Assembly (NCBI RefSeq): GCF_009914755.1 | Contig: NC_060934.1 | Source of the DNA: the human T2T-CHM13v2.0 reference genome, Homo sapiens | Reading direction: 5' to 3' (one strand) | Length of the DNA: 64,000 nucleotides | Shown here: positions 50,471 through 63,289 of the stretch, in pieces | How positions within the stretch are numbered: position 1 is the first letter of the stretch | Layout of the letters: the number at the start of each line of letters is the position of its first letter | Made by a program: the position numbers and the translations under genes | Notes under the pieces: model-generated | The model's input: the letters and a program-made list of their open reading frames with translations, nothing else | Told to the model about the DNA's origin: nothing | Database searches by the model: none

Positions 50471-52049
50471 GTTCTACTCCAACAAAAACTCTTAAGTACA
50501 GCCCAGTCACTCACAGTCTGCAGGGAGAGTCTTAACATTTACCAGGGAACACTGAATAATGGAGAGAATATGGATATGGAGTTAGATCTGTGGTTTAAAT
50601 CTTGACTTCATACATTCTGAGTCATTAGACTTCCGGCACGTCACTGAACTGCAGAGTTAGGACTTACCTTGGGGAGTGATTGCGAAGATGAGAAACCATA
50701 GTCAGAGAACATAGAATAGGCCCCTGGTTCATAGCCCCTGAAGGTGATTTATAACAGTAATAATTGTAATAATTATCGTGAGTTTCTTTTGTGAAGTAGG
50801 GATCTTTTCCTCACCTCAGACTTCAGAATATTAGGTAGGTGTTTATGTAATAAGGATTTTTGGGAATGTTGATAAACCCTTCTTTTTAACAGGAAATGAG
50901 AACCTTGGAAACTCAAGCCAATGCACACCAATCCCATGTACGTGGTTTATGCTCCATGCAAAGCATGGAAGAGCAGGAAGTGGTCTTTCTTCCCTGTAGG
51001 AGCCGACATCCTTCTTCTCAATGGCTCTCCATATCCTCACCTCGCCCCCACTGTCTGGGAAATGCTGGAGAGAAATAAAAGAAAATGCCCCGTGAGCACT
51101 AGAAAGAGGTCGTAATTCTGGCTAGTGAGAGCTGGGAATACTTCAGGAGAAGGTGGCTGCAGCTGGACCCTAAAGGACAGGAAGGACAAATGGAGATGCC
51201 TGGGGACAGGAGACCTTTGGGGTGAGGGGTAAGGGCAGGGAAAGCAGCTGGGAGCACTTTGCTTCTTAGCTGAAGATTGAGCTCCCAGGGATGAGGGAGG
51301 CAAGCGGCCTGGAAGAGTTCTGGAAGGTAACGAAGATAGAGGAAAGGGGCTGTGAAGAGGCGGCATGGCAGCGAGTCATGGGACTGGCTGTGGTTCTGGA
51401 GATGAGCGACCAGGTCACCAGCGTGGAGCCGGCTCAGGGGTTTTCAGGATAAGCGTACAGAGGTGCTTTGCTGAGGCCGACAGAACCTGCCCCTAATGCA
51501 TCCAGGGGACACTAACCGCTTTAGTCTATTCTCTGATGAATAATTTCTCCAACTCTAACTACATTAGGGACACACAGGGCCGGGGCTCGGTGCTCTGTCT
51601 GTCAGATATCGTTGCCACTTAAGTGAGTGATGCAGTGTGGGCCGGCCACGGTGCCCGGGCCTGCGGACAAGGCAGGCAGCCAGGAGAGCTGGCCCCAGAG
51701 GTCTTATTTCTTTGGTAGTGTAATCAGATTGGAGGCAGAATGTTTTTCTGTCTCCTCCCTATAATCTCTGTTTTGGTACCGTTTCCTCTCCTCTACGATT
51801 CTGATCCCTGTTTTCCCTGCCTGTTGGTATGGCACACTGTTCTGCCTCTTCTCCTTCCAGGCCCACTGCCCATGCAGGACTGAGACAGAGGGAAGACGCC
51901 AGAGTGGCCCATCCTCTATTCTGTACTCCCAGTTGGTGGAAGAGGAAAGGGAAATCGTGCTTATTAAAAATCTCAAAGGTGCAGCTCCAGGTTGTTCAGG
52001 CATCTCATGACAGCAACAGGAGTCAAAAGACCCCACCCTGCAGGCTGGA

Positions 52050-53860
52050 ATTCAGGGCAAAAATGATGGCATTCTGCAGGGATAAATTAAAGGCTGGCAC
52101 TTAGGTTCAAAAAGCCAACTATACAAGGCCAAGAAAAAAAGCCTCTGAATTGTATTTTTTATGAAAGACTTAACATGGACTAATTGTGTGGTAAAGCTAC
52201 CCAAAACACTGAAGTTTACAATACAAAATGCTGTTGTTAGGAAAGAAACTCATATCCATTGCAAAATAACTTGAAAATTTACAAATATGAGAGAGAGCAG
52301 TCGAGAGAGAGCTGCGTGTATGGAGATTACTTAATCCCATCTCTGACAATTATCTGTTAATCCACTTGATTATAACCTTCTATTTCTTTTCCCTAGGCAG
52401 GTATTCAAGGTATATCTATAACATAATTGTATTTTTGAAAAGATATATTTGCAACTTGGCTTTTTTTTTTTTTGAACAGTCTTGCTCTGTTGCCCAGGCT
52501 GGAGTGCAGTGGCGCGATCACGGTTCACTGCAGCCTCGACCTCCTGGGCTCAAGTGATCCTCCTACCTCAGCCTCCTGAATAGCTAGGACTGCAGGTGTA
52601 CACCACCATGCCTGTCCAAGTTTTAAATTTTTTGTAGAGTTGGGGGGGGTCTCTCTATTTTGCCCAGGTTGGCCTCAAACTCCTGGACTCAAGGAATCCC
52701 CTCAGCCTCCCAAAGTGCTGAGATTATAGGTATGAGCCACCATACCTGGCCACAACTTGACTTTTTTATATAACTAAATATTGTAAATAACTTTCAAAGT
52801 CATTACTTTTCCATAATGCCATTTTTATGTGTTGTAAAATATTCTATTTTATAAATTTACCATAATTTATTTATAAAATTGTATTTTGTACATTGATTTT
52901 TCCTCGATTTTTCTGTAATATAATGAATCCTGGGCTGAATCACCTTGGAAATAAATGTTTGTGTACACCCTTGAGTATTTCTGTAATATAAAGCCCTAGG
53001 AGTAAAAGGTATAGAATTTAAAGGGTTATGAACATTTTGAAGGTTTTGATTTACTGGTTTGCTTATTTGTTTTTGATGTGTCTGGTCAAATTGTTCCACA
53101 CCACCAAGTGTGAGAGTATCTCTGTCTCTCCATATTTTCCCCGGTATTGGGCACTATGATGTTGAAATATCTTGCCAGATTTATATGTGAAATGTGGTAT
53201 CATGCTTTAATTTGTATGTTTTGAATTATTAGTGAGGTTAAACATTTTTTATTTCATATTCAACATTTTAAATCTTATGAATTACCTAGTTGTATCTTTT
53301 GCCTAGCTGATGATATTTTCCTTTTCTTAGTAGCTTTAAAAGTTTTAAATGTTAAGACTACTCTAGCCCTTTGTCTGCCATCTAGGTTGCAAATATTTCT
53401 TTTCACTTCTTGCCTTTGATTTAGTGTATGTGTATTTCAGGTTTTACATTGGCAAACTCATCAAAATGTTACTTAATTTTTCTGTGGTGTCATATAAAAA
53501 CATCTCTCCTGACCTAAGATTATATGTTCACCTATATGCCCCCTGCCCATACATTTTAGGTTTTGTTTTTACATTTAAATCATCACAGTTCTATTACAAT
53601 GCAGCATAATATCCAAATAAAAGGAGGTAAGTTTTGGGGATAAAGATTTTGACTCAATACAGAATGAAATTTCTAATGATTAAGAGCTATATAGAAAGTA
53701 AGAGACTGACAGCCGAGGAAGCAGCTAATCCCATTGCTTGACCTTCTATCAAGTTTTAAGAATTGCATGTCATTCTGTAAGTGCTCAATTAACATTTGCT
53801 GAGTGAATGTTGGAACAAGTGACCTCCACAGGATCTTTCAACACTGATTCCCTGATCTTG
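52050..53860. mobile_element. Nest: L3/CR1 (+; ~52050-52135 and ~53600-53860) interrupted by L1ME (-; ~52200-53580)
   Basis: CR1 motif cagggataaattaaaggctggcacttaggttcaaaaagccaactatacaag; tttctaatgattaagagct; L1ME gtggtatcatgctttaatttgtatg..ttattagtgaggttaaacatttt. Confidence 0.6.
52461..52751 (-). mobile_element. AluJ
   Basis: gtcttgctctgttgcccaggctggagtgcagtggcgcgatcacggttcactgcagcctcgacctcctgggctcaag; TSD caacttggc / caacttgac. Confidence 0.95.
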
Positions 53861-54599
53861 GTTCATTCCATCTCCACAGATCATTCCAGACTTGGAAATT
53901 GTGGTTCCTAGGGGTGAAGCAGGCAGGCAGGGGGATGGGAGGTGGCATGGAGAGAGTCTACTTCTCAATTCTCAGCTTCCAAGTGTAGCGTAAAGGCTTG
54001 CTGGGCTCGGCCGTTTGCTGGACACTGGGATGGGAGGGAAATAGATAAGTCAACCGATCCCTAGCCAAAGGGAATTACAAGCAGGTTGGGGATGTGAAGC
54101 AGGCATCCCTGAGAATTGAAAGAATAACATAAAGGCAGAGGGCTGTAGCAATGGGCGTGTGTGTGGGGTGCCGGGTGGGGGCGGTGTGGAGTACTGCTGC
54201 TATGAGTTCTGAAAAATAGGCACTATGCATTTTATGAGTCCCAGAGGTTTGCTCCAAGTGGTTCTCTCCTGAAACACTCTGAAATTCTCCATTATGGAAA
54301 ATTGAAGAAATCACACCAAGAGTTAAGAGTCTTTTCTCTACTTTTTCAAATGACTCAGTGACTTAGCGGAGAAGAAAATGTGCATACTCATTGGATTCAT
54401 AAATGAAGATGTGAATACACATGTGTCTATACACATACATACACATACAAACCCGTGTAAGTACATGTACATATATGCCTGTCTGCTGTTTCTATTTTTT
54501 CTGGATAGAGATCACTGTACTTTCCAGATTATACCAGCCTGGGCTAAAAGTAGGGTCTTGATGATAGAGGAAAAATAAGGATTTCTCTGGGTCTACCTC

Positions 54600-55000
54600 A
54601 TGCATTCTATGGAAATGCCAGCTCTCCTTAAAGGACTGGTGAGCACATCTGTTCTCCTGTTGGTAACCCAAGGCATCTGCTATCTCTGGTGCTCCAGCTC
54701 TGGCTTTCTCAACTCGGGGGATGCAGACAGCAGCAGCTCTGCCTCCATTTCTGTGGCTGTTCCTGCCGTCTGCTGTCTGTGCCCAGTTGGCCAGCACCCA
54801 TCAGGCGGAGGATGATGTCTGCATCAAGGTGCTGCCTGCTGTAGCAAATGAGTCTGCAATTGTTTACCCTCCATTGACAGGATACACGTGGGTCTTTGAG
54901 GGTTGGGCTGGAATATGGTTTCATGGGCAGCTGCATGTGAAGCTTCTACCCGTTCCTGACACTGGCTTGTCGTGTTTGGACAGGACTTGGACAACTCCAC
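54600..55000 (-). mobile_element. Probable L4 (RTE-X) 3' relic
   Basis: Minus strand gatgccttgggttaccaacaggagaacagatgtgctcac resembles the recalled L4 3' region. Confidence 0.5.
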
Positions 55001-55109
55001 TTCTCTTTTTTTCTAGTCTACTTATTTCTTCATGCAAGGCCTTCTCATCCAGATGTGGCTGAAAAGTCTAGGATAGACATAGTTTATGGGATGTCCTTAA
55101 CTGCTGGGG

Positions 55110-55360
55110 ACTAACATGGTAGATTTGAGCATGGGCTCTGGAGCCAGCTGCTTCAGTTTGTATCGGCTGAGTGATCCTGGCCGGCCACGTGGCTTCACTT
55201 CCGAGCCTTGGTGCTCATACGTAATGTGGAAATGATAACAGTGTCTACCTCACATCATTGCTATGGAGATTCTCTGAGTTAATTTACATGAAATGATTAG
55301 ATGAGTGCCAGGCGGAGAGTTGACCTGTAGGTCAAAAAAATGTTAGCAATGATTATGGTG
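55110..55360 (+). mobile_element. MIR SINE
   Basis: gagcatgggctctggagccagctgc..gataacagtgtctacctcac..aaatgttagcaatgatt. Confidence 0.85.
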
Positions 55361-56964
55361 ACTTCAGACTTATTCTCCTGTTTATTTAGATTTTGTTTGG
55401 TTGGTAAGTTCTAATCTGCATACACTCTTCATGGACTCCAAAGAGTTGAAAGGATAAAGAATAAAAGAGAGTATTATATAAATATTATAATAATTGCAGG
55501 TTTGAATTCCTATATTAGTCTTTAGGGGCCTCCAAGTGCCAAGCCCTGGAAGACCAATGGCCTACCTGGACCAGTTTTCCTTCCTTCTTTCCTGTGTCCT
55601 TCCTCAAATACTTTTTTGAGCAAGAGAGACCTGGCTTATATTCTTAATGAGCTCCAGTTATTATAGATAAAATAATGAATTGGGAGAGAGGGAGAGAAAT
55701 GAATGATTCATTGAGGGGAGAGTGGTGTAGGGCATGAAATATTGGATAAAACACAAGTTTTGGAGTCTGACAGACCTGACCTCATCATTCCTAGTGTGAG
55801 CTTAAGTTGATTCACCATTTTGAACTCAAGATCTATAAAATAGTCTTACTAATTACCTATCTTATGGTGTGGGGATGAGGCTTAAAGGAGAATATTCATA
55901 TGGTAGCTACTCAAAAAGTGTTAATTTCTAACCTCTCTCCTGCCCTTTCCCCAACACAATAAAACCAGTGTCATAAATTGCCTTCCCCTGATACAGACCT
56001 TGGAAGAATTCGTAAGTCATTAAAAGATCATTTTTAAAGAGTTTACCAGGAATATCCATCCCTATAATGTTTCCTCTTATCAGATTTGTTTTTGTTTTTG
56101 TCTTTTATAGACTAGGGCTTGTCTACAGTGGGTACACATGAAATCTGCCAATGATAGTGGAATCCATAGATGGCAGCGCCATTGCTGACTGACTTCCACT
56201 TCTGACTGCTGGTGTGAAGTGATGCGAGCGATTTGTGCATTTTGTCACTTTCCATCTGTTCCCTCTCCCCTCTCCTCCCCGTCCCACATCGGTATTTTTG
56301 GAAGAATGGTTAAGTACATCAATCTTTAAAAAAAGTAATTATTAAATCTTTCTTGTCATCAAGATGTAGTGGGGTTGTGTGTCATGCATGACCCTTGGCA
56401 GCATCTAAGTCTGGATTTTAGAAACAAGATACGTTTTTCCCTTGGCCTTTTAATTTTACTTTTTCCTTTTGAAAATGTTCAGCTTCTGCAGCAATCTAAT
56501 AGTTACTTTTCAGATATTTCCGTGACTTAACCAGTAATGAAATGATTTTCCCCCATTTTCCCATCTGAATAGCTCTGCTGAGGTCCACCAAACCACACAG
56601 GGCTGAGTGGTCACTGCAAGGAGTTTCGCTGCTTACAAAATATAGTTTTTCAGGTTGGTTAACTTCTCTTCCCTGGAGCCTAAAATGTGAGGCTTTAGAA
56701 ATATGCTCATTTGAGCCTGCTGGCTGGTTGGGCTTTTGGATGAATGAATTGGGGCTCAAGGTGGCTGCTACTGAGGAGTAACAACTGTCATGTATTGAAT
56801 ACCTGATTACCCTGTGGGGGCAACTGGAAAAGTGCTTCCACACATTATTTCATTTAAGCTCCCTAAACAACAGCTAGTATTAATCGAGGGCTCACTGTGG
56901 GCTAGGTTACGCTAAGTGATTTCATGGCATTTTTATTTGATATTCATATTATCTTATGAGGTGC

Positions 56965-57510
56965 AGTTACTTGTTTAGGATGTAAGTGACAGTACTCAAC
57001 TCAATTCCTTTGATGCCCACACTCATTTTATTGGTTGATGCAATGAAAAACAAGTCCTTGGGTTAGATCTTAATGACTTTAGATTTGGCTGGATCCAGGT
57101 GCTCAGATGATAAGATCAGGACTCCCTTTCTTTCTTTCTCTTCATACTACTTAGCCTTCCTTTATATTGTCTTTGTTCTCAGTAGGAACTCCCTATGAGG
57201 TGACCAAGATGGTCATCAGTAGCTCCAGCTTCCATTCTACCAGCTTAGAAACCCAAGTAGAAAGAAAGTGCTTTTTGCCCAGTGGCTCCAGCGTTTGCTC
57301 TCAGTGGATACATTGGGTCTCGTGTTCATACCTGGACCCAGAAGGAGGACAAGGCTGCTTGGCCAGAGCCAGGTCATGTGTGTTCCCCAGGTGCTTCAGG
57401 GGAGGAGCAAGGTCCACTCCATCCACAGCACATGGACTGAGAGTGGGAGGAGATGATGCTCCCAAGGAAAATTGAGGCCACTTAACCCAAAGACGACAAA
57501 TGTTAGGCAT
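56965..57510 (-). mobile_element. MLT1K-like solo LTR
   Basis: gtaagtgacagtactcaactcaa..ggctggatccaggtgctcagatga..ccaagatggtcatcagtagctccagc. Confidence 0.75.
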
Positions 57511-58324
57511 CTAGCATTGTCCTGTTATAGGGTCCATTTCATAGAGGCTGAGGGTCAGAGGATTTATGTAATTTGCTCCAAGATCTCACCACTGGAAAAT
57601 GCCAGAGCTGGGATTTGAACCCTCATCTGCTGTATCCTAAAGCACATCTCCTTTTCATTATTTGGCTTATTTTTTGGACTTTCCAAAGATATTACAATCC
57701 CTGCCTCAGAAGCACCTACTGTGTCTTTCTGCTGGCTTGGGTTCCTATAAGTCAACTGTGAGCAACTGGAGCCAATGATCAAACAAAAAATTAGCCAGTA
57801 ACACAGGCAGGGTATTAGAAAAGAGCTCTGAAGGATGTACTACTAATCCAGTTCCTGTACATGGGGAGTGGAGCTCGAAGAACAATGTCATGGCAGATAG
57901 GCACACAGCCAGTGTTTCTCAGGAGGCAGGGAAGTCACCAATGGCTACTTCCTCCTGAACACTACTTCCTGGGGCCTGGGACCCTTTCCCCTTTGGTACA
58001 GGAAGCCCCAGAAGCCACAACCTGAGAGTTTTGAGGTGATGCCTCCTGCTGCTGTTCAGGAAGGGATGTGATGATGTGGCTTCTGCTGCTTCCCCTACTG
58101 AGGGAGGGGCATGAACTTGCCACCCTGATATGTCAGTAGAAAGCCTTCTGCTGGGCAGTGTTCTCAGGGTGCATAGTAAAGATGGGCATGTGGGTTTAGT
58201 CTGTTCTGGCACTAGCAGCTCCCCTGCAGTTACATCAAGGCAATTGCTCCAGACACTGAGAATGAAAGCCTTTCATGTGCTCCCTGGCTACTTGCCCACA
58301 ACCCTGGAGTCTTGTATCTGCAAG

Positions 58325-59250
58325 TGCTGGATGGAAACCTCTGGTTGCACCTGGGATGATTTCAGATGGGACATACATGGGTATAGCATTAAATAACAGG
58401 GATCACGTGGTGGGAAACATATTCTCTTCTCAATTCTCCATCACTCCTTCTGATAAGAATCTCCCTGAGACTTTGTCCTTGATGTACACAACTCCCAGCA
58501 CCAGACCAACTTTCATTTTCTTTCTGACACTAGCAGGATGAGCCAGCTCCAAATGCTTGGAGCCTGTGAGAGGCAGGAGCATCCAACTGGAATTCCATGG
58601 CATTGAATTGGATTTTATTGTATTTCTCTTTATGGCTTCCTTCTATTATGGAAGGTGGTGCTAGTTTTCTCCTTATAGAAAGGAGGTAAATTTTGTGTGT
58701 AAAATACATTTATTTTAGTAAAATTAGGTGAGTGGATTGAAGGCAAACTTTCTAATGATACATATCTGTCAGAGTTCTACCAGAAAAAACAGAGGCATAG
58801 GAGATATATAGGAAGAGATCTATTGTGAGGAATTGGCTCGTTTGGTTGGGGGGTGGTCTGGCTAGGCAACTCCAAAATCCACATTGCAGGCTTTCTGGAA
58901 GGGCAGTCTGGAACTCTGAAGCATGGGCTGACTCTTGAGTCTGCAGGTGGAATTTCTTCTTCATCAAGGAAGCCTCAGTTTGGCTCTTAAGGCTTTTAAG
59001 GCTGATTGAATCAGACTCACCCAGATTACCTAGGATAATCTCTTACTTAAACTCAACTCATTATGGGCCTTAATCGCATCTACAAAATACCTTCACAGCA
59101 ACACCTAGGTTGGTATTTGTTGGAATAACTGGGAACTGTAGATAGCTAAGCCGACCTGTAAACCATCTCATTATATAACAGCAAGTGATACAGAGTCTGG
59201 TCCAGGCTGTGAAGGAGATCAGTAAATGATGAGCAGTTGGCAAACCTAAG
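58325..59250. mobile_element. MER113 (hAT-Charlie) split by an MLT2 LTR
   Basis: gcattaaataaca..tcaattctccatcactccttctgat..ttattgtatttctctttatggcttccttctatt; resumes at ~59171 with gctgtgaagg..cagttggcaaac. Confidence 0.7.
58763..59170 (-). mobile_element. MLT2 (C/D-like) solo LTR
   Basis: gtgaggaattggctc..ggataatctcttacttaaactcaact..catctacaaaataccttcacagcaacacctag..aaccatctca. Confidence 0.88.
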
Positions 59251-60117
59251 CCTAGCAGGTAGGGGGAATGGCTAAGATGTTAGAGTCCGGGTGAAGGAGC
59301 CGGGAGTTTGACGTCTGCCTGGGAGTGAGGCTTTTTATGTTGGGTAAAGAAGGCAGTAGGGGGTGGGACGTGAAGTGGCAGGGAGCAGAACACAGCATCC
59401 TGCCTTTTCTGCCTCCTCTTCTTAGGTACCTTTTCCAAGGGGCCAGCTTTTGCTTGCTTCTACTGCCCTGATTTTATCACTGGTATCTGTTCTACTTAAT
59501 AGGGATAAGTTTATTCTTAGTCTCTGAAAAAGGTGGATGCCAATCATTTAACCACACAGTGACTGCAGTGCTCACAACCCCACCCTATCTCCCATGGCAC
59601 CCCTTTTACTGAAGACTTAGATGTCAGAATTATTGATAGACTTCATTTTTGCAACTCTGCAGTCACCTCATCCAATGATAATGGTCACCGAATTGGAAAT
59701 GGAATTACATAATTATTAATCATCAAATGGTTTTTTTCTCCAGATTGAAGAAACAACTAGGACGGTCCAGAGGGAACTTTTTCTGTGAAGGCAATTAGAA
59801 AGAGATATAGAAATTGTGCTAAGATGAGAAGATTGACCTTATGCAAGTCTCCTGGGGACAGGAGGAGGAGGGGAGAGGAGTCGATTTTACTTTTTAAAGA
59901 CTAGGATTTTCTGTTTCCTATGGAGACCTTAATTAATTTTCTGGACGGTGAGCTGTGTCTTTGTGAAACACAGAGAGCTGATCAGATTTCCGGGGCCTGA
60001 CCTTGGAGTCATGGTGGTAAGCCAACATTGCTGCTGACATCTGAGATTGACGTGCTGACAGGTGAAGTGTGGCCTGGAAATCTCTTTTCCATGACTGCCA
60101 ACTGTACCGTTGTTTGT

Positions 60118-62393
60118 CAGGGTAATTGCTTTGTGCCAGGCCTCTTCCCGAGCTTTGGAAGCAGGAGTTCCTGCTGGTAGACCAGTTGAAGGGTTGGATC
60201 ACTTCCTAGTGCTAGTGAGGGGGGATGGGGGATGGGTAGGTTTGGGTGCCTCTTTATTATCACTGGTATCTGGGAGGCAAATACTTTGCTGAGGGTCTCT
60301 AGGGGTAAATTGTCATAAGTCCATTGATATGAGAAAAGTACATTTTAACTCTGTTTTTGCGGTCTGAAATTTTCAAGTTTGCAGATAACATCAAGCCAGA
60401 TAAATAGGTCTCATTTCAAGGGCCAGCCTTAACAGAGTGGTAGGGGTTGCCTGGAGGGCAGAGAGGATTCCAAGCCTTCCCTGAGTGGAAAGGGGAAAGG
60501 ATGATGCAGCTCTTACTAAAGTCCGTCACGGTTAGCGTGCGTGTGGGTAAGAAAGTGGCAGAGGAATGAAAAGCCAAGCTGATAGTGATGAAACTATAGA
60601 ATGTAAAGGTGAATACGACGACCAGTGGAGAATTTCTCTGCTCTGTTTCCTCAGTTAGATTGCAAACTACCTGAGGGCAGAGTTTGGGACTTGTCCATTC
60701 ATAAGACAGTGACTTTGTCATGTCTGCTCCCCTCAGAGCTCTGATCCTGCCAAGGATATTCAGCTGTGGTGATGAATAATGCTGATTTTTCTGAAAGACG
60801 GGGAGGTAGGCTCGTGGCTCACCTTGGAGCAGCCCTCCACCTGAGTCTCCTTTGGATTATTTGGGATTTGCATTTGGCTGCATGGGATGCTAGCTTGACT
60901 TCGTGGCTTAACCCCAGGTGGATTTATTTTTTCTCACATAACGAGAATTCTGGAGGTGGAATTGCCACGGGCAGCAGCTCTGCCATGGTGTCAGTTTTCC
61001 AGGTGTGACCTATCTTTGCACTCCACCATCTCTAGCATGTGGTTTTCATTCCCCTGCTCGTTGTCACGTGGTGGCAAGATGACTGCTTTCCCTGTTGGCT
61101 TCAGATCCATGGTCCAGGTAGGAAGGAGAAGAGGGGAGGGCATCAGACACTTGCTAGTCTCTTTTTATCAGGAACATCCAGCAGAATTCTCTTTCCGTGT
61201 GTTTATATCTCACTGGCCAGAATTGGGTCACATGGCTGCTTCCAGATGCAAGGGGATCTAGCAGGGTAATTGCTTTGTGCCAGGCCTCTTCCCAAGCTTT
61301 GGAAGCAGGAGTTCCTGCTGGTAGACCAGTTGAAGGGTTGGATCGCTTTCCAGTGCTAGTGAGGGGGGATGGGTGGATTTGGATGCCTCTTTACTATCAC
61401 TGGTATCTGGGAGGCAAATTTTCTGAGGGTCTCTAGGGGTAAATTGTCATAAGTCTGTTGAGATGGGAAAAGGTATATTTTAACTCTTTTGTGGTCTGAA
61501 ATCTTCAAGTTTGCAGATAACATCAAGCCAGATAAATAGGTCTCATTTCAAGGGCCAACCTTAACAGAGTGGTAGGCGTTGCCTGGAGGGCAGGGAGGAT
61601 TCCAAGCCTTCCCTGGGTGAAAAGGGGAAAGGATGATGCAGCTCTTATTGAAGTCTGTCACGGTTAGTGTGCATGTGGGTAAGACAGTGGCAGAGGAATG
61701 AAAAGCCAAGCTGATAGTGATGAAACTATAGAATGTAGAAGTGAATACTAAGACCAGCGGATAATTTCTCTGCTCGGTTTCCTTAATTAGATTGCAAACT
61801 ACCTGAGGGCAGAGTTTGGGACTTGTCCATTGGTAAGACAGAGTGACTTTGTCATGCCCGCTCCCCTCAGAGCTCTGATCCTGCCAAGGATATTCAGCTG
61901 CAGTGATGAATAATGCTGATTTTCTGAAAGATGGGGAGGTAGGCCCGTGGCTCACCTGGGAGCAGCCCTCCACCTGAGTCTCCTTTGGATTATTTAGGAT
62001 TTGCATTTGGCTGCATGGGATGCTAGCTTGACGTCATGGCTTAACCCCAGGTGGGTTTATTTTTCTCACATAACAAGAATTCTGGAGGTGGGATTGCCAC
62101 GGGCAGCAGCTCTGCCATGGTGTCAGTTTTCCAGGTGTGACCTATCTTTGCACTCCACCATCTCTAGCATGTGGTTTTCATTCCCCTGCTTGTTATCTCA
62201 TGGTAGCAAGATGACTGTTTTCCCTGTTGGCCTCAGATCCATGGTGCAGGTAGGAAGGAGGAGAAGAGGGGAGGGCATCAGGCACTTGCTAGTCTCTTTT
62301 TATTAGGAACATCCAGCAGAATTTTCTTTCCATGTTTATACCTTACTGGCCATAATTGGGCCACATGGCTGCTTCCAGATGCAAGGGGATCTA
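60118..62393. repeat. Tandem duplication, ~1.14-kb unit (60118-61260 and 61262-62393)
   Basis: Both copies begin cagggtaattgctttgtgccaggcctcttccc and end gcttccagatgcaaggggatcta; roughly 92-94% identical by eye. Confidence 0.97.
60865..61260 (-). mobile_element. Old MLT1 LTR; the duplicate copy at ~62000-62460 continues past the duplication end
   Basis: gtggcttaacc..tttatttttctcacataac..gtggcaagatgactgc..tctcactggccagaattgggtcacatggc. Confidence 0.75.
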
Positions 62394-62589
62394 AAGGGAC
62401 ATAGAGAGGTTTTATGCTTAAGCAAGAAGGGCAGAACAGACATTGGGTAGACAAACAGCAAGGATAAGCACAGCCTCCCAGCCACCTCTTGCCCTGCCCC
62501 TGTGCCCTGAAGACATACCCTTCACCTCCAACCACATTCCTTCCAGCTTGTAGCCTCCCAAGGATCTTCTTCTGCTTCCTCCCCAACCC

Positions 62590-63072
62590 TCTTCTACTCC
62601 TGCAGCCCCTGGGTGGTCACGGAGATGCTTTGCTCACAGATATCTTCTCTGTGGGGAGCACAGTTGCTGAAGAGACTCAGCTGCCTACTTTTGGGTCCAC
62701 TGTGACGTTCATGCTGAGACCACGCTTCCTGTGGGCCCCACCCAGCCAGTGACTGAGCACAGTGAGGACACTAGAGTTGGCCATTCCTGCTCGGTGTGGG
62801 ACTCCTCGAATGGGCAACCTTTGCTCGGAGCCTCTTGATCCACCCGGCAGAGACTTTCCCAGAGCTGGTCTACACTCTGAGGCTCTTTCTAGCCAATCTT
62901 CCTTTTTCCCTTTTTCTCCTGTTGTTGGTGTTAGACCTGCATTGTGACCCAAACATTCTCCTCTCCTCTCCTGCTCCCTTTTCTTCTATGCTTTACAGAC
63001 ATTTCCCCAAATAAATCTCTTGCATATCTATTGCTCTCTTGACATTTATTTCTTGGAGGACTGAAACTGACA
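62590..63072 (+). mobile_element. LTR16-like ERVL solo LTR
   Basis: ccagccagtgactgagcacag..ggccattcctgctcggtgtgggactcctc..ccccaaataaatctcttgca..cttggaggactgaaactgaca. Confidence 0.8.
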
Positions 63073-63289
63073 TGCCTGCCTTCCAACATATTCGTGTCCT
63101 TTCTCTTACCTGGAAAATTTTCCTTGTCTGTGATCTTTGGTTTGCAGTGAGAGAGGCATAGTTTTACCTGTAATCTCCTCGTTATCCCCTGACTTCTTAT
63201 AACAGGAGTGTCCAAGATGGATTCTTTGTTTGAATTCTTAGGCTACTTTTTTTTCTTTCCTTTTTTACTTTTCTTACTTTTTTTTCAAA

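Noticed and set aside
60110-62306. Pairs of near-identical ORFs as a duplicated gene family
   Set aside because: They arise from the non-coding tandem duplication and an MLT1 LTR; frames are not preserved between copies
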